Source: an uncultured Pseudomonadota bacterium (GTDB lineage Bacteria > Vulcanimicrobiota > Vulcanimicrobiia > Eremiobacterales > Eremiobacteraceae). Taken from it: DNA of 64,000 nucleotides. Where the stretch lies: positions 1,504,001-1,568,000 of the forward strand of contig CAVTNB010000001.1 of assembly GCA_963736005.1 (NCBI GenBank). Direction: 5' to 3'. Made by a program: the position numbers and the translations under genes. Below are positions 37,739 to 50,899 of the stretch, piece after piece (position 1 is the first letter of the stretch; every line of letters begins with the position of its first letter). The notes beneath the pieces are model-generated. The model was given only the letters and a program-made list of their open reading frames with translations, was not told the DNA's origin and did not search any database.

Positions 37739-39306
37739 ACGCTCTGACCGCCGCCGAAATGCGCACGGCCGACATGCGCACGATCGAAGACGTGGGTATC
37801 CCACCCATCGTGCTCATGGAAACCGCCGGCCGAGCGGTGGCCGATCTGGCGCGCGATTTTCTGACCGATCTCGAAGGAGATCCTATTCGCGTCGCCATCG
37901 TCGCGGGTTCTGGGAACAACGGAGCGGATGCGCTCGTTGCCGCCCGCTATCTCATGCAGCTCGGTTACGAGCCGGACATTTACATGGCTGCCAAAGGCGC
38001 CGACTGCAACGAATTGTGCCGCGCGCAATTGGAGATGATGCAGGGGTTGGGAGCGTCGGTAAGCTTCTTGCGCGAGCAGTCACCCGAATTCTTTCGGTCG
38101 GGCCTTCGCGCGGCAAGCCTCATCGTCGACGGCTTGCTCGGCACCGGATCTTCCGGCGTCCTGAACGAGCCCTACCGCACCTGGGTGAACGAGATCAATA
38201 TTGCGAGTCGTGAAGTCATTGCGGTCGATATTCCAACGGGCATCGACCCGAGCTCGGGCATGGTACCGGGACCTGCGGTAACGGCGACGGCGACGGTCAC
38301 CATGGCGGCCCCTAAAGTTGGGATGCTTTTGTATCCAGCCGCGTCTTACGTTGGGGAGCTATGGGTTGCCCAAATCGGTATCCCTCCCGCAATTTTGGCA
38401 GATGTCGGCGGCCGCTACCACGTCATGACCAAGCAACAGTTCTTCTTTTGGTTACCAAGACGCAGCCGCCAAGCCGACAAGCGAAGCGCCGGAGAGGTTG
38501 TCGTGATTGGCGGCAGCCGCCAATACATCGGCGCTCCACTGCTGTGCGCGCTTGGTGCTTTGCATGCGGGCGCCGGATACGTGACCATTGCCTGTCCGCC
38601 GTCGGCGGCACAGGCAATCTCGAATCACGCTCTCGAGCAGATTGTTGCTCCGTGGCCAGAGTCAGATGACGTTGGCACAATCGTCAACGCGCTCTTGGAT
38701 TCCACGCGTCACGCGGGAGCGGTGGCGATTGGACCTGGCTTGGGCAGAGATGCGCAGACGCAAGAGATCGTACGCCGTTTTCTGAGCCAGAGCACGCGTC
38801 CGCTGGTCGTTGACGCAGACGCGCTCTTCGCGCTGTCGGACCATACCTCGCTGATCACCGGCAAGAAAGCCGTGCTGACCCCGCACGACGGCGAGTTCGC
38901 GCGGTTGCTCGGCGAAAACGCCGACGCCGCGATCGTGAATCGCATGAAGGCGGCAGATGATTTTGCCTCGGCGCTTGACATCACGCTCTTGCTCAAGGGG
39001 CCGCGTTCGATTGTCGCGACAAAGGAAGCGTCATACGTGAATATCACCGGCAACGAGCTGCTTGCCACCGCCGGATCTGGTGACGTTCTCTCTGGCATCA
39101 TCGGCGCAGTGCTGGCTGCCGGGTGCAGCCCGCGTCAGTCCGCGGCGATCGGCGCGTATTGGCATGGGGTCACTGCGGAGTATCTTGCCAGCCAACATAA
39201 GCAAAGCATCGTCGCCGGAGACGTCGCGAAAAATTTGCAAGACGCGTTGCATTGGCTGGACGAGCGCGAAGAGGAAGACGACGGGTACCTCACCCGCATC
39301 GTGTAG
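37735..39306 (+). CDS. nnr: Bifunctional NAD(P)HX epimerase/dehydratase
   Basis: GSGNNGAD, VDGLLGTG, VDIPTG, GPGLG, TPHDGE, GSGDVL. Confidence 0.95.
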   Translation: MNALTAAEMRTADMRTIEDVGIPPIVLMETAGRAVADLARDFLTDLEGDPIRVAIVAGSGNNGADALVAARYLMQLGYEPDIYMAAKGADCNELCRAQLEMMQGLGASVSFLREQSPEFFRSGLRAASLIVDGLLGTGSSGVLNEPYRTWVNEINIASREVIAVDIPTGIDPSSGMVPGPAVTATATVTMAAPKVGMLLYPAASYVGELWVAQIGIPPAILADVGGRYHVMTKQQFFFWLPRRSRQADKRSAGEVVVIGGSRQYIGAPLLCALGALHAGAGYVTIACPPSAAQAISNHALEQIVAPWPESDDVGTIVNALLDSTRHAGAVAIGPGLGRDAQTQEIVRRFLSQSTRPLVVDADALFALSDHTSLITGKKAVLTPHDGEFARLLGENADAAIVNRMKAADDFASALDITLLLKGPRSIVATKEASYVNITGNELLATAGSGDVLSGIIGAVLAAGCSPRQSAAIGAYWHGVTAEYLASQHKQSIVAGDVAKNLQDALHWLDEREEEDDGYLTRIV

Positions 39307-39314
39307 CGCGCGCT

Positions 39315-39560
39315 CTACCGTTTGTTATCCTTGCGGGTGTGGACATATTGCCAAAGCACGTGCTGGATGAGATTTCCGCGAGTGCGGTGCTCGGCTTGCG
39401 CTGCGCGATCGAGCGCCTCCAACAAGGGTGCCGAGGCGCGGAAGGCGACGGGCTGAGTCAGCGCCTTTCTTACGATCGTGGCGCGGCCGATCTCGTTTGA
39501 CCTGTCGCGCTCCAATTCGTTGATCATTTGCCGTCTGGTCTTCCGTGCGACTGCAGACAT
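39315..39560 (-). CDS. Ribbon-helix-helix (CopG-like) protein
   Basis: PVAFRASAPLLEALDRAAQAEHRTRGNLIQHVL; RBS AGGA. Confidence 0.75.
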   Translation of the reverse strand: MSAVARKTRRQMINELERDRSNEIGRATIVRKALTQPVAFRASAPLLEALDRAAQAEHRTRGNLIQHVLWQYVHTRKDNKR

Positions 39561-39615
39561 GCAATCCTAGCCTTTCCTGAATGTAGAGCGGTTCGCGGAT
39601 CTGCACACACGTTAC

Positions 39616-39644
39616 ATACTACTACAATATGTATAGTTTGTAAA
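39616..39644 (-). promoter_or_regulatory. Sigma70-type promoter for the RHH gene
   Basis: Minus strand TTTACA-17 nt-TAGTAT within an AT-rich patch of TACA/TGTA motifs. Confidence 0.65.
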
Positions 39645-39688
39645 CATACAATAACAAAGATGTGAACCGGCCATTTCCGACCAGCAAC

Positions 39689-41783
<2,095 letters not shown>

Positions 41784-41800
41784 AAATACCAAAGGACGTC

Positions 41801-42157
41801 TTAGGCGGGGTGGGCGTCTTCGCGTTCCCACTTGCGAACGAGATACGCGATCAGATCGGACGTGATCTCGCTGATGCGCACGAAAGAGATGCCGATACCG
41901 CGTGCGTCATTGCGGACAACCGTGCCGTAGACAGAAATTGGCTTGGCTTCGCCGACGAGATCCAATTCAATGGTCAGTAAGTCGTTTGTGTCCACGTCAG
42001 CGTTGGTTCGAAGGAGCACGCCGCCGCCGCCAATATTGACGATTTCGGCTGGATAGCGGTCGTCTGTACGCTCTCGCCGGATATGCACGGGCAGGATTTT
42101 TTGAATGCGCGCATGCTTGCGTCGCTCAATCGTTTGGCCGTCATTTCCGTTGTGCAT
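41801..42157 (-). CDS. PilZ domain protein
   Basis: ERRKHAR (RxxxR), NIGGGG, VYGTVVR, GIGISF. Confidence 0.85.
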   Translation of the reverse strand: MHNGNDGQTIERRKHARIQKILPVHIRRERTDDRYPAEIVNIGGGGVLLRTNADVDTNDLLTIELDLVGEAKPISVYGTVVRNDARGIGISFVRISEITSDLIAYLVRKWEREDAHPA

Positions 42158-42184
42158 GACATGCCCTTCGTTCTGCGAACGCGC

Positions 42185-42898
42185 CTAGTTGTCCGGGCTG
42201 TTACCCCAAAGCTTGACATCGCCAATGTGGTTCGCCCAATACCACATGCGACTCACGCCCCACGCTATATGATTCCACAAATAGAGCTCGGCGGCCCGGC
42301 CTTGCGGAAAGATCGCGACCACGATGAGGATGACCACCAAATAGAACGAGACGCCAAGCGAATTCCAAAACTTTGTTGAGTTGGATGCCCTCGATGTTCC
42401 TCGCAGCGGCGCCGGCTCAAAATACTGACGGCGTTCGGTCTGCTCTTTGACGGCTTGATAGTCGACTGGCGGCAAATACGAGGCAGAGTTCGCCGCGCGA
42501 AATGATGGCTGCGGGGCAAACGTTTGGACTGGTGGCGGCGCCGCAGAGGCAGTATCTTCAGTGTGGCGCCCCAAAAGGCGATCGATCTTCTGCTTTGCGT
42601 CGTCGCTGAGCTCCAGGAAATCGGCGACCACTTCGTACCCTGCCCCCTCGCCGAGGCTTTGCTGGGTCCGCACTTTGATGAGGCCCCGTGCTGTGGCCTT
42701 GATGCTACGCATGTCGAGCGTCGTGAAGAGAATTGTGTTCTCCCTCACTTCGCTCGGGAACGTGGCGATGAGGCCGTGTGAGTCCAGGCGAGCCGCTTTG
42801 CCGGTCAAGTTCACGCCGAGTTCGGCGTTTCGGACCGTGATATCGATGGGAAGAGGCAACGCAGCGGGGAGTTCGCCGGTACCTATCGCGTCGGGCAT
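42185..42898 (-). CDS. Hypothetical membrane protein with degenerate PilZ-like N-terminal domain
   Basis: Beta-rich N-terminus ending YEVVADFLELSDDAKQKIDRLL, Pro-rich linker, C-terminal TM; RBS GAGGA. Confidence 0.65.
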   Translation of the reverse strand: MPDAIGTGELPAALPLPIDITVRNAELGVNLTGKAARLDSHGLIATFPSEVRENTILFTTLDMRSIKATARGLIKVRTQQSLGEGAGYEVVADFLELSDDAKQKIDRLLGRHTEDTASAAPPPVQTFAPQPSFRAANSASYLPPVDYQAVKEQTERRQYFEPAPLRGTSRASNSTKFWNSLGVSFYLVVILIVVAIFPQGRAAELYLWNHIAWGVSRMWYWANHIGDVKLWGNSPDN

Positions 42899-42987
42899 AG
42901 ATCCTCTTAATATATGACTACGGTCGCCGGACAGTCCCGATAGAGGCTGCCAAGCATACTAGTCATCGGCTATCTTCAGCCTGGACT

Positions 42988-45900
42988 TCAGGACCGCGCC
43001 ACGGGTTCTGCTGGCGGCTGCGGCCGGGAGCCCGTGTTTTCAAGGGTCTTGAGGAGTTCTCTGTTGGCACGCTCGTACTCCTCAATTGCCCCGTGCTCGC
43101 TCGTGATGGCGATGTGGGCGCGCGGGTCGGTCAGCACCCGGCGCAGATATCGGCCCGTATACGAATGCGGCATTCTGGCGATTGCCTCGGGTGGACCCAT
43201 CGCAACAACCCGGCCACCCTTATCGCCGCCCTCGGGCCCAAGGTCAATGATGTAGTCCGCGGTCTTGATGACATCGAGATTGTGCTCGATGACCAACACG
43301 GTATTTCCGCTCTCGACAAGTCGACGCAACACCAAAAGCAATTGCGCGATGTCGGCAAAGTGCAGCCCGGTTGTCGGTTCGTCGAGAATGTAAAACGTTC
43401 GACCGGTGCTGCGCCGCGAGAGTTCGGTGGCAAGTTTCACGCGTTGTGCCTCGCCACCGGAAAGCGTCGTCGCCGGCTGACCCATTTGAATGTAGCCCAG
43501 GCCCACGTCGCAGATCGTCTGCAGTTTGTTATGAACGCGCGGGATGTTCGCAAAAAACTCCGCTGCCTCATCCACGCGCATCTCCAAGACGTCAGCGATC
43601 GACTTGCCTTTGTACTTTACCTCAAGCGTCTGCTGGTTGTAGCGCTTGCCTTTGCACACTTCGCACGGCACGTACACATCCGGCAAGAAGTGCATCTCGA
43701 TTTTGATGATGCCGTCGCCCGCGCACGCCTCGCACCGGCCGCCTTTGACGTTGAAGGAAAAGCGTCCGGGACCGTAGCCGCGCACGCGCGCGTCGGGTGT
43801 CAGCGAAAAGAGCTCGCGAATCGGATCGAAGGCGCCGGTATACGTCGCCGGATTGCTGCGTGGGGTGCGCCCAATGGGCGACTGGTCAATGACGATGGCT
43901 TTGTCGAGCTGTTCCAGACCGCGCACCTTGCCGTAGGTCTCTTCGGGTGGTTGTCCGTGCAGATGGTGAGCCAGCGCGCGATAGAGCACCATATCGACGA
44001 GGGTGGATTTGCCCGAGCCTGACACGCCGGTGATCGCGCAGAAAACCCCGAGCGGAAAATCGACGTCGATGTTCTTGAGGTTGTTCGCGCGCGCGCCTTT
44101 AATGCTGAGCGTGCCTTTGGGTTGGCGACGCTTGGGCGGAATGGGAATGACCGTTTCTCCGGAGAGAAAGCGGCCGGTGGCCGACGCCGGGGCGGCGCAA
44201 ATGTCGTCAATCGTTCCGGCCGCAACCACGTGGCCGCCGCTTTTGCCTGCACCGGGTCCGATGTCCACGATGTAATCCGCTTCACGCATCGTCTCTTCAT
44301 CGTGCTCCACCACGATGAGGGTGTTGCCCAAATCGCGCAGCGTTTTGAGGGTCGCGAGCAGACGAGCGTTGTCGCGCTGGTGTAAGCCAATGGAGGGCTC
44401 GTCCAAAATATACAGGACCCCGACGAGCGAGGATCCGATTTGCGTGGCGAGCCGAATGCGCTGCGCCTCGCCGCCGGAGAGGGTCGTCGCGCTGCGATCG
44501 AGCGTGAGATACTCAAGGCCGACATTGATGAGAAAGCCCAGTCTCGCACGCAATTCCTTGACGATCTGGCGCGCGATTTGCTCTTCCCGGCTGGTCAGTT
44601 TCAGCGCTTCGAAAAATTCCAGCGCGCGGTCGACGGGCAGCGACGTGAGCTTTGCAATGTTGAGGTTCGCGATTGTGACCGCGAGCGATTCGGGCTTGAG
44701 GCGCGCGCCTTTGCACGCTGGGCAGCGCACCGACGTCATCAGTTTTTCGATTTCTTCCTTGACGTAGTCCGAGGACGACTCTTCGTAGCGCCGCTGCAAG
44801 TTGGGAAGGATACCCTTATATTGTGATTCGTAATCCCAATGCTTGCCCGACCTGGTGCGGAAGCGAAATTCGCGCTTTTCGTCCGCGCCGTATAAGATCA
44901 CGTCGAGCAGTTCTTTGGGGAGCTTTTTGATCGGCGTGTCGAGACTGAAACCCTCATCTTTGAGCAGCGTCTCCACTTGCTGTACGTAAAATGGATTCAT
45001 GCCCGCCGAGAGGTTCTTGGTCCACGGCACGATCGCGCCTTCGCGGAAAGACTTGTTGCGATCCGGAATGACAAGACGCGGATCGATTTCGATGCGAGCC
45101 CCTAAGCCGGTGCACTCGGGGCACGCCCCATAGGGCGAGTTGAACGAGAACATGCGCGGCGCCAGCTCCTCGAAGGAGAGGCCGCACTCGATGCAGGCAA
45201 ACTTTTCAGAAAAGCTTTGTTCTTCTTCTTTCCCCCCCGGCTTTTGCACGAGCACGCTCAAGCTGCCTTGCGTGAGCTTCAGCGCCGTTTCAACCGAATC
45301 GGTCAGACGCTTGCGGACATCGGGCTTGATGACGAGACGGTCGACGACGATTTCAACCGTGTGCTTGCGCTTCTTGTCGATCGAGATTTTCTCACGCAGG
45401 TCGCGAATGTGGCCATCGACTCGCGCGCGGGCGTAGCCATCCTTGATTGCCTGCTCGAAGAGCTTCTGATACTCACCTTTGCGTCCGCGCACCATCGGGC
45501 CGAGCAACTGAATCTTCGTGCCTTCTGGCAATTCGAGAATTTGGTCGACGATTTGCTCTGCGGTTTGCGGGGTGATGGGACGGCCGCAGTTTGGGCAATG
45601 CGGATGGCCGATACGCGCATACAGCAAACGGAGGTAGTCGTAAATTTCCGTCACCGTGCCGACGGTCGAGCGCGGGTTACGGCTGGTTGATTTCTGATCG
45701 ATTGAAATCGCGGGAGACAAACCCTCGATGTAATCGACGTCTGGTTTTTCCATTTGACCGAGAAACTGCCGTGCATACGAGGAGAGCGATTCGACGTAGC
45801 GCCGTTGACCCTCAGCGTAGATCGTGTCGAAGGCAAGCGAGCTCTTGCCGGAGCCTGACAGGCCCGTGATGACGATGAGCTGGTTGCGCGGCAACGTTAG

Positions 45901-46029
45901 ATCGATGTTCTTGAGATTGTGCTCGCGCGCGCCCTTGACCAAAATGTGCTCGAGCCCGTGCCGCGGCGCAATCGCCAGCACGGGAGCTGCGTAGGGATCC
46001 TCCCTCGGGCCATTTTGGGATTTTTGCAT
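42988..46029 (-). CDS. uvrA: Excinuclease ABC subunit A
   Basis: GAREHNLKN, two Walker A ([16 protein letters not shown]), LSGGEAQR x2, Zn fingers. Confidence 0.98.
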   Translation of the reverse strand: MQKSQNGPREDPYAAPVLAIAPRHGLEHILVKGAREHNLKNIDLTLPRNQLIVITGLSGSGKSSLAFDTIYAEGQRRYVESLSSYARQFLGQMEKPDVDYIEGLSPAISIDQKSTSRNPRSTVGTVTEIYDYLRLLYARIGHPHCPNCGRPITPQTAEQIVDQILELPEGTKIQLLGPMVRGRKGEYQKLFEQAIKDGYARARVDGHIRDLREKISIDKKRKHTVEIVVDRLVIKPDVRKRLTDSVETALKLTQGSLSVLVQKPGGKEEEQSFSEKFACIECGLSFEELAPRMFSFNSPYGACPECTGLGARIEIDPRLVIPDRNKSFREGAIVPWTKNLSAGMNPFYVQQVETLLKDEGFSLDTPIKKLPKELLDVILYGADEKREFRFRTRSGKHWDYESQYKGILPNLQRRYEESSSDYVKEEIEKLMTSVRCPACKGARLKPESLAVTIANLNIAKLTSLPVDRALEFFEALKLTSREEQIARQIVKELRARLGFLINVGLEYLTLDRSATTLSGGEAQRIRLATQIGSSLVGVLYILDEPSIGLHQRDNARLLATLKTLRDLGNTLIVVEHDEETMREADYIVDIGPGAGKSGGHVVAAGTIDDICAAPASATGRFLSGETVIPIPPKRRQPKGTLSIKGARANNLKNIDVDFPLGVFCAITGVSGSGKSTLVDMVLYRALAHHLHGQPPEETYGKVRGLEQLDKAIVIDQSPIGRTPRSNPATYTGAFDPIRELFSLTPDARVRGYGPGRFSFNVKGGRCEACAGDGIIKIEMHFLPDVYVPCEVCKGKRYNQQTLEVKYKGKSIADVLEMRVDEAAEFFANIPRVHNKLQTICDVGLGYIQMGQPATTLSGGEAQRVKLATELSRRSTGRTFYILDEPTTGLHFADIAQLLLVLRRLVESGNTVLVIEHNLDVIKTADYIIDLGPEGGDKGGRVVAMGPPEAIARMPHSYTGRYLRRVLTDPRAHIAITSEHGAIEEYERANRELLKTLENTGSRPQPPAEPVARS

Positions 46030-46046
46030 AGAAAAGACTATTTCGA

Positions 46047-46098
46047 GGGCGATTTTCCAATCGCCCCCTGGATGGGCGACTTTACAGTCGCCCGCTAC
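46047..46098 (-). repeat. Heterotypic REP doublet (variants C + D)
   Basis: GGGCGATTTTCCAATCGCCC (decayed foot) then GGGCGACTTTACAGTCGCCCGCTAC 46074-46098. Confidence 0.88.
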
Positions 46099-46805
46099 AT
46101 TTTGGCGAGGGCGGTGGGGAGGTCGGCGATTGAAGGAATCTCCGCTTCGGGCGGGCGCGCACCTGCAGGAAGCTTTTCGTTTCGGCTATTTACCCATATC
46201 GCACGCATGCCGGCGGCGTGGGCACCGGAAATGTCGCGGTCGAAGCGGTCCCCGACCATGACGCTCTCATCCGCCGTAACCGCAAGCTCGCTCATCGCGT
46301 GCGCAAAAATAGCTGGATCGGGTTTGGCAAGCTCCATCTCGCCGGCGAGCACGACCGCATCGAAGAAGCGGGCCAGTTCGAGACGGGCAATCTTGGCTTC
46401 GTGGGTCTCCGCAAAGCCATTGGTAATGATGGCCATCTTATAGCGGCCATGCAGTTGGCGCAAGACAGGGAGCGTTTCGGGAAATAATTCGACGCGCTCG
46501 ATGCGAATTGCGTCGTAGCGAGCGGCGAGCCGGCGGGCGAGATCGGCGTCATCGATGCCGTGGGCGCGCAGGGCAGTCAGCCACAATCGGGGACGAATTG
46601 CGCCACTTGGCGGCTTGGGCGCTTTGGGCTCCAGGGTCTCCCAAAAACTCATTGCAGCGTTCATATAGGCGACCGCAAGGAGTTGCGCCGAGATGCCGCG
46701 ATCGGCGGCCAGTTCGGATGCCGCGAGGGCCGCGCTGCGCTCGCTCGAGATCGTGTCGTCGAGCAATGTGTCGTCGAGATCGAAAAAGATTGCCTTAACT
46801 TGCAT
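46095..46805 (-). CDS. HAD family hydrolase
   Basis: [28 protein letters not shown]. Confidence 0.93.
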   Translation of the reverse strand: MQVKAIFFDLDDTLLDDTISSERSAALAASELAADRGISAQLLAVAYMNAAMSFWETLEPKAPKPPSGAIRPRLWLTALRAHGIDDADLARRLAARYDAIRIERVELFPETLPVLRQLHGRYKMAIITNGFAETHEAKIARLELARFFDAVVLAGEMELAKPDPAIFAHAMSELAVTADESVMVGDRFDRDISGAHAAGMRAIWVNSRNEKLPAGARPPEAEIPSIADLPTALAKM

Positions 46806-46813
46806 TGCGGCGA

Positions 46814-46838
46814 AGCGGACCTAAAGGTCCGCTGCTAC
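46814..46838 (-). repeat. REP variant B
   Basis: AGCGGACCTAAAGGTCCGCTGCTAC. Confidence 0.9.
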
Positions 46839-46851
46839 ATCACGCATAGGG

Positions 46852-48948
46852 TTAAATATAGAACAGGCGCGGCAGCCTCTGGAAGCTGGCCACGAGCTGA
46901 GTCAGCGCTGCGTCACCTTGTCTTGGATCGAGCGTTGTTTCAAGCGACGGTAAGGTAGAGATCACATCGTCGTAGTTGTACATAATGCTTCCCTGCCACA
47001 ATTGGCCTGGGACACCCTCGGACGCATAAAACGCGCTGCGAATCTCGAATGCGAGCGTGCGCAGTTTCTCCAATTCTGCGAGATTCGCCGTCGCCACTGA
47101 CTGGTCGACCGAGCTATCAATGCTTGCCGCAAGTTGAGTGAACTTTACGATCTGTGGCTCCAAAGTCCGCACGACCATTGCACGCCTGGCCTCATCGCCT
47201 GTGCCGTTGGCAAAGATGTTCAAGCGGCGTTGCACTGCGAGCGCCAAGTCGCTCAAACGAATGTCTGGGTACGGAGCATCGGCAAGTCTCAGCATCTCAA
47301 TGGTGTAAAAGCGAGCGGCTGCATCAGCATAGCGCATGCCAGGATCGAGCACTCGCAAGCTAGCCGGATCGTCGTAGGCGGAATGGTACGTACCAAAGAC
47401 GCCGGCGTAAGCGATGCCATTTGATGGTATTCCCAGGTGGTACGTGAACGGCTCGTGATCGCTGCCTTCACCTGGTGGACCCACCGCCAACGTCGCGTCT
47501 TGCTTTTTCCAATACGCTGTCACCGAGCTTCCGTCAGGTGCGATGGCCGCATCGGAAACCGACCGAGTGATACCGATGAGGTCATCGGTCGCGCCGGCGT
47601 AAAACGTCGGCCCCATGGCAACTTCGTCCGTGTTCATGTACGCCCAACAGGACCGGCGTAGTTGGTCAGCGTTCTGATCCACCCAGGCAGCGCTCCCGAA
47701 ATCGTTGAGCTCCTCTCCATCCCACGAACCGATGACGAGAGTTCGAAAAGGGCGCCAGCCAGTTTTACGCAGCTCGCGCACTGCGTCTCCAAGCTGCAGC
47801 ATGGCAACGGTACCGCTGATGGGATCGACGGCTCCATATGTCCACGCATCGCGATGGCCGCCGATGATCACGCTTTCGTTCGGCGCGGCCATGCCTTTCA
47901 TCGTTGCGATAACATCCCAAATCGGACCGATGAAGCGGCGGCTCTTGAGCACGTAATGGACGCGCTCGACGCCCCCGATGCGGACATTGGCCGAGGTTTT
48001 TGTCGCCCAGGCGCGCGGCGCGAGCGGTCCGCCGAGGTTCGCCTCCAACTGTTGCGCGACGAGCGCAGTAATGGCGCTCACCGGAATTGGGGGAACTCGC
48101 AGGGTTGAAAACGACGTGTGCTTTGCACCAGGTACGGGAATGCCGATGGCAGTGGGATCACCGGCGTTGTATTCAATGAGCATCGTGTTGCGAAGTGCTG
48201 CTCCGAGCGGGCGCCCAGGCCCATTTGGATATGGCTTCGTCCCTGGCTTAGGTGGAAAAAATGGATCGTAGCCGGGCTCAGGATAGATGAGAAGCGCTTT
48301 GCCGCCATAACTGACGGCCCGACGCCCCTTGGAGTCTGCGCTTCCGTGACCCATTTTTACAATGATGATTGCGCCCGCCAAATTCACGTGCTTGCTCTTG
48401 AGCAGTGCAAAATCTTCGGCGCGTCCGTAGTTTGCGTAGATCAGCGTCCCATCGGCATCTCCGTCATTGCTAAATCCTGAGTACGGCTTGCCGATCTCTT
48501 CATGATTTTTCGAGTATGGGTCGCCTGCAACGGCGGGCTCGTACAGATCGACGGACCGCTGGAAAGGCGCACTGATTTCCAAATGTTGCTCGATTGGCCA
48601 AACGTTAGCGACGGCATACGTGACGATGGATGCATCAAAGCCATCCGCGGCAAGTCGGTTGCGCACGTAGACGGCCGTTTGGTAGTCGGCTGGCTGACCC
48701 ATGCGGTGCACGTGGCCAGCCAGCACGAGTTCATCTTGCGTCGCGGTGTGCGCATTTGGCGACGCATTCGCGATGCGTTCGGCATCAAGTTCGCGAGCCG
48801 CCATAGCGCTTGGAAATCCTACCATCGCCGGGGGCGATGTTGTGTCGGCGTCAGACGGCAGCAGCGCCGAGGACAGTGCCACGAGCAATGTTAAACTTGC
48901 GGGCAACCAAAAATTGCTCCTCGCTTTGGGGATCGCTGGTGTGCGCAT
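46852..48948 (-). CDS. Secreted M28 peptidase (glutamate carboxypeptidase II-like, PA domain)
   Basis: YANYG, GGHRDAW, AVDPISG, SWDGEE, GSDH, YHS. Confidence 0.9.
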   Translation of the reverse strand: MRTPAIPKARSNFWLPASLTLLVALSSALLPSDADTTSPPAMVGFPSAMAARELDAERIANASPNAHTATQDELVLAGHVHRMGQPADYQTAVYVRNRLAADGFDASIVTYAVANVWPIEQHLEISAPFQRSVDLYEPAVAGDPYSKNHEEIGKPYSGFSNDGDADGTLIYANYGRAEDFALLKSKHVNLAGAIIIVKMGHGSADSKGRRAVSYGGKALLIYPEPGYDPFFPPKPGTKPYPNGPGRPLGAALRNTMLIEYNAGDPTAIGIPVPGAKHTSFSTLRVPPIPVSAITALVAQQLEANLGGPLAPRAWATKTSANVRIGGVERVHYVLKSRRFIGPIWDVIATMKGMAAPNESVIIGGHRDAWTYGAVDPISGTVAMLQLGDAVRELRKTGWRPFRTLVIGSWDGEELNDFGSAAWVDQNADQLRRSCWAYMNTDEVAMGPTFYAGATDDLIGITRSVSDAAIAPDGSSVTAYWKKQDATLAVGPPGEGSDHEPFTYHLGIPSNGIAYAGVFGTYHSAYDDPASLRVLDPGMRYADAAARFYTIEMLRLADAPYPDIRLSDLALAVQRRLNIFANGTGDEARRAMVVRTLEPQIVKFTQLAASIDSSVDQSVATANLAELEKLRTLAFEIRSAFYASEGVPGQLWQGSIMYNYDDVISTLPSLETTLDPRQGDAALTQLVASFQRLPRLFYI

Positions 48949-48958
48949 GCTGCTAGAG

Positions 48959-50878
48959 TTATTCCGGCGAGCGCGCTGACCTTCCGCCGAGATCGTAAAC
49001 AGTGACCCCGTTGGCTCGAAAATCCGCGCGCAGCGCCGTGCGCTCATCCGCGGCAAGCACCGTCCAATCGATTCCAGTCGGCGTTCGGTGGGTATAGGCA
49101 TCGTTTGCATTGACCACGAGATAGCGAATCCCAAGCGCGCGCAACACATCGTAGCGAGCCCGAGGAGACGCCTGCCAATCCACAACCAGCGCCTGCTGAT
49201 AGTAAGGGTTGCCCCAACGAGTGCCCACGGGGAAATAATAGTCGCGCACGTCATCGAGCGCTAATATTTGTTCGCCGGCGATGCCATGCTGCGCGAGCCA
49301 CTGCGCCGCCGCAAACGTTTCGAGCCGCGCGTCCAGGTACTGCGCCGCGCTCTCTTTCCCTACAATGTAGCGCATTGATGGAACGATGCTTTGCGCTGCT
49401 TCAAGGCGGGTAGATGGCAGCCAGTTCACGAGAACCGAGTAAGCGCAGAGCACGGTGACAGCAACAACGCTCACCGAACGCAGGCGCGCGCCGACCGCAG
49501 ACGTGCCGACCGCCACAAGTGCCGCATATAGCGAAAGCGGCGCCAGCGCGAATCGCCACTGTTGACTTAGAAAAAACCACGCCACGGTGAGCGCAAGGGT
49601 CACGAGCCCAACAACCAGCGTCGAGCGTGTGGCAATGAGACCCACCGCCGCAAAGACAATGCCGGCGCGCAACGCGAGACCCGGATCGCCGCAGAACGTT
49701 CGTGGTGCAACGATCAGGCGGTCCGGCAGCAGCACAAGATCTGTTAGTGACGTGCCGCCGCCACACCAGTGCCGCGTCATGTCCACGTAGCGCGCACCGA
49801 AGTCGCGCACTGCGGCATATTGCGTGAGCACAGAGAGGAACGGATAGACTGGGTCTCCAGTTACTGCAAAGGTGCGCACATACCAGCCAGCTGCGATCAG
49901 CACGACGCCGAGCAGAAATCCACCTATAGCTTCCCATCGTGGCGCCGTGCGCACCGCAACAAATATAAAGACAATAGCGCAGACACCGAGGCCAGAGTAC
50001 TTCACCGCCGCGGCTGCGCCACAAAGCAAGCCCACCAGAACGAAAGTCGCGAATAAATTCGCGACACTACCTTTGTTTGGCGTCGCACGGTGTTGTGAGG
50101 CAAGAATCGTTAGAATGCTTGCTACCGCGAACATTGCGAACGGTACGTCTACATAGAATGTGGGAGCGAGCCATAGCCAAAGCTCGCAGGATGTTACCAG
50201 CATCGCCGCAACAATGCCGCTGCCTGGAGCGATCCGCGAGGAGACGGCGTAGGTGAGAAGGGCGAGGCAAAGTCCTGCGCCCAAGGTTGCCATCGCAGCG
50301 CCGGCGGAACCTGCGATCGCGTAAGCGGGCAGCGCAGCCGCTTCCCCGAGCTGCGGGAAGCCCGTTTGAACCATCTGTGGCGAAAAAATAAACGTCCCAT
50401 GAGCGAGCGCAGAGGCGACGAGCGGCAGGTGGTATGCAATCGGGTCCCACCACACGGCGGGCAACGCCGCCGCGACGATGCCGGTCACGATCGCAGCGAC
50501 GATCACGCAGCACGCAGCTCGATCCGCGACCTTCAAATCGCGCCAACGCGCAAGAACGCTTTGAAAAAATCGGGGTAGCTCGCGAAAACGCCTGCGGTGA
50601 ACTGGCAGCCGCACAACAATTGCTACCAAGAGCAGCAGCCACAGCGCAAGCGGACGGATTCCACCAAAAAGACCGAGTACCGCGACGGCGCTTCCCAAAA
50701 GCGCATAGCCCGTCGCCGCACCAACTCCAAGGCGCTCCGCGCTGCGGGCGAAATCAGCCCAGCGAGAGACCAGCGCCACGCCGTAATCGGCAGCGACGAT
50801 CCACGTGAGCGCAGCGGCGGCAATGCCCGCCAAAAGCCGAGGCCAAAACGCAGCCAGGTCCAACACATGCGGCGCCAT
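48959..50878 (-). CDS. Polytopic membrane protein, GT-C-like glycosyltransferase
   Basis: Many TMs; WDPIAYHLP, YVD, KYSG, GWYVR...TGDPVYPF. Confidence 0.75.
   Translation of the reverse strand: MAPHVLDLAAFWPRLLAGIAAAALTWIVAADYGVALVSRWADFARSAERLGVGAATGYALLGSAVAVLGLFGGIRPLALWLLLLVAIVVRLPVHRRRFRELPRFFQSVLARWRDLKVADRAACCVIVAAIVTGIVAAALPAVWWDPIAYHLPLVASALAHGTFIFSPQMVQTGFPQLGEAAALPAYAIAGSAGAAMATLGAGLCLALLTYAVSSRIAPGSGIVAAMLVTSCELWLWLAPTFYVDVPFAMFAVASILTILASQHRATPNKGSVANLFATFVLVGLLCGAAAAVKYSGLGVCAIVFIFVAVRTAPRWEAIGGFLLGVVLIAAGWYVRTFAVTGDPVYPFLSVLTQYAAVRDFGARYVDMTRHWCGGGTSLTDLVLLPDRLIVAPRTFCGDPGLALRAGIVFAAVGLIATRSTLVVGLVTLALTVAWFFLSQQWRFALAPLSLYAALVAVGTSAVGARLRSVSVVAVTVLCAYSVLVNWLPSTRLEAAQSIVPSMRYIVGKESAAQYLDARLETFAAAQWLAQHGIAGEQILALDDVRDYYFPVGTRWGNPYYQQALVVDWQASPRARYDVLRALGIRYLVVNANDAYTHRTPTGIDWTVLAADERTALRADFRANGVTVYDLGGRSARSPE
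50046..50070 (-). repeat. Intragenic REP variant A'
   Basis: Perfect GTAGTGTCGCGAATTTATTCGCGAC inside the CDS. Confidence 0.9.
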
Positions 50879-50899
50879 CTACCTTACCTATCGGAAATT

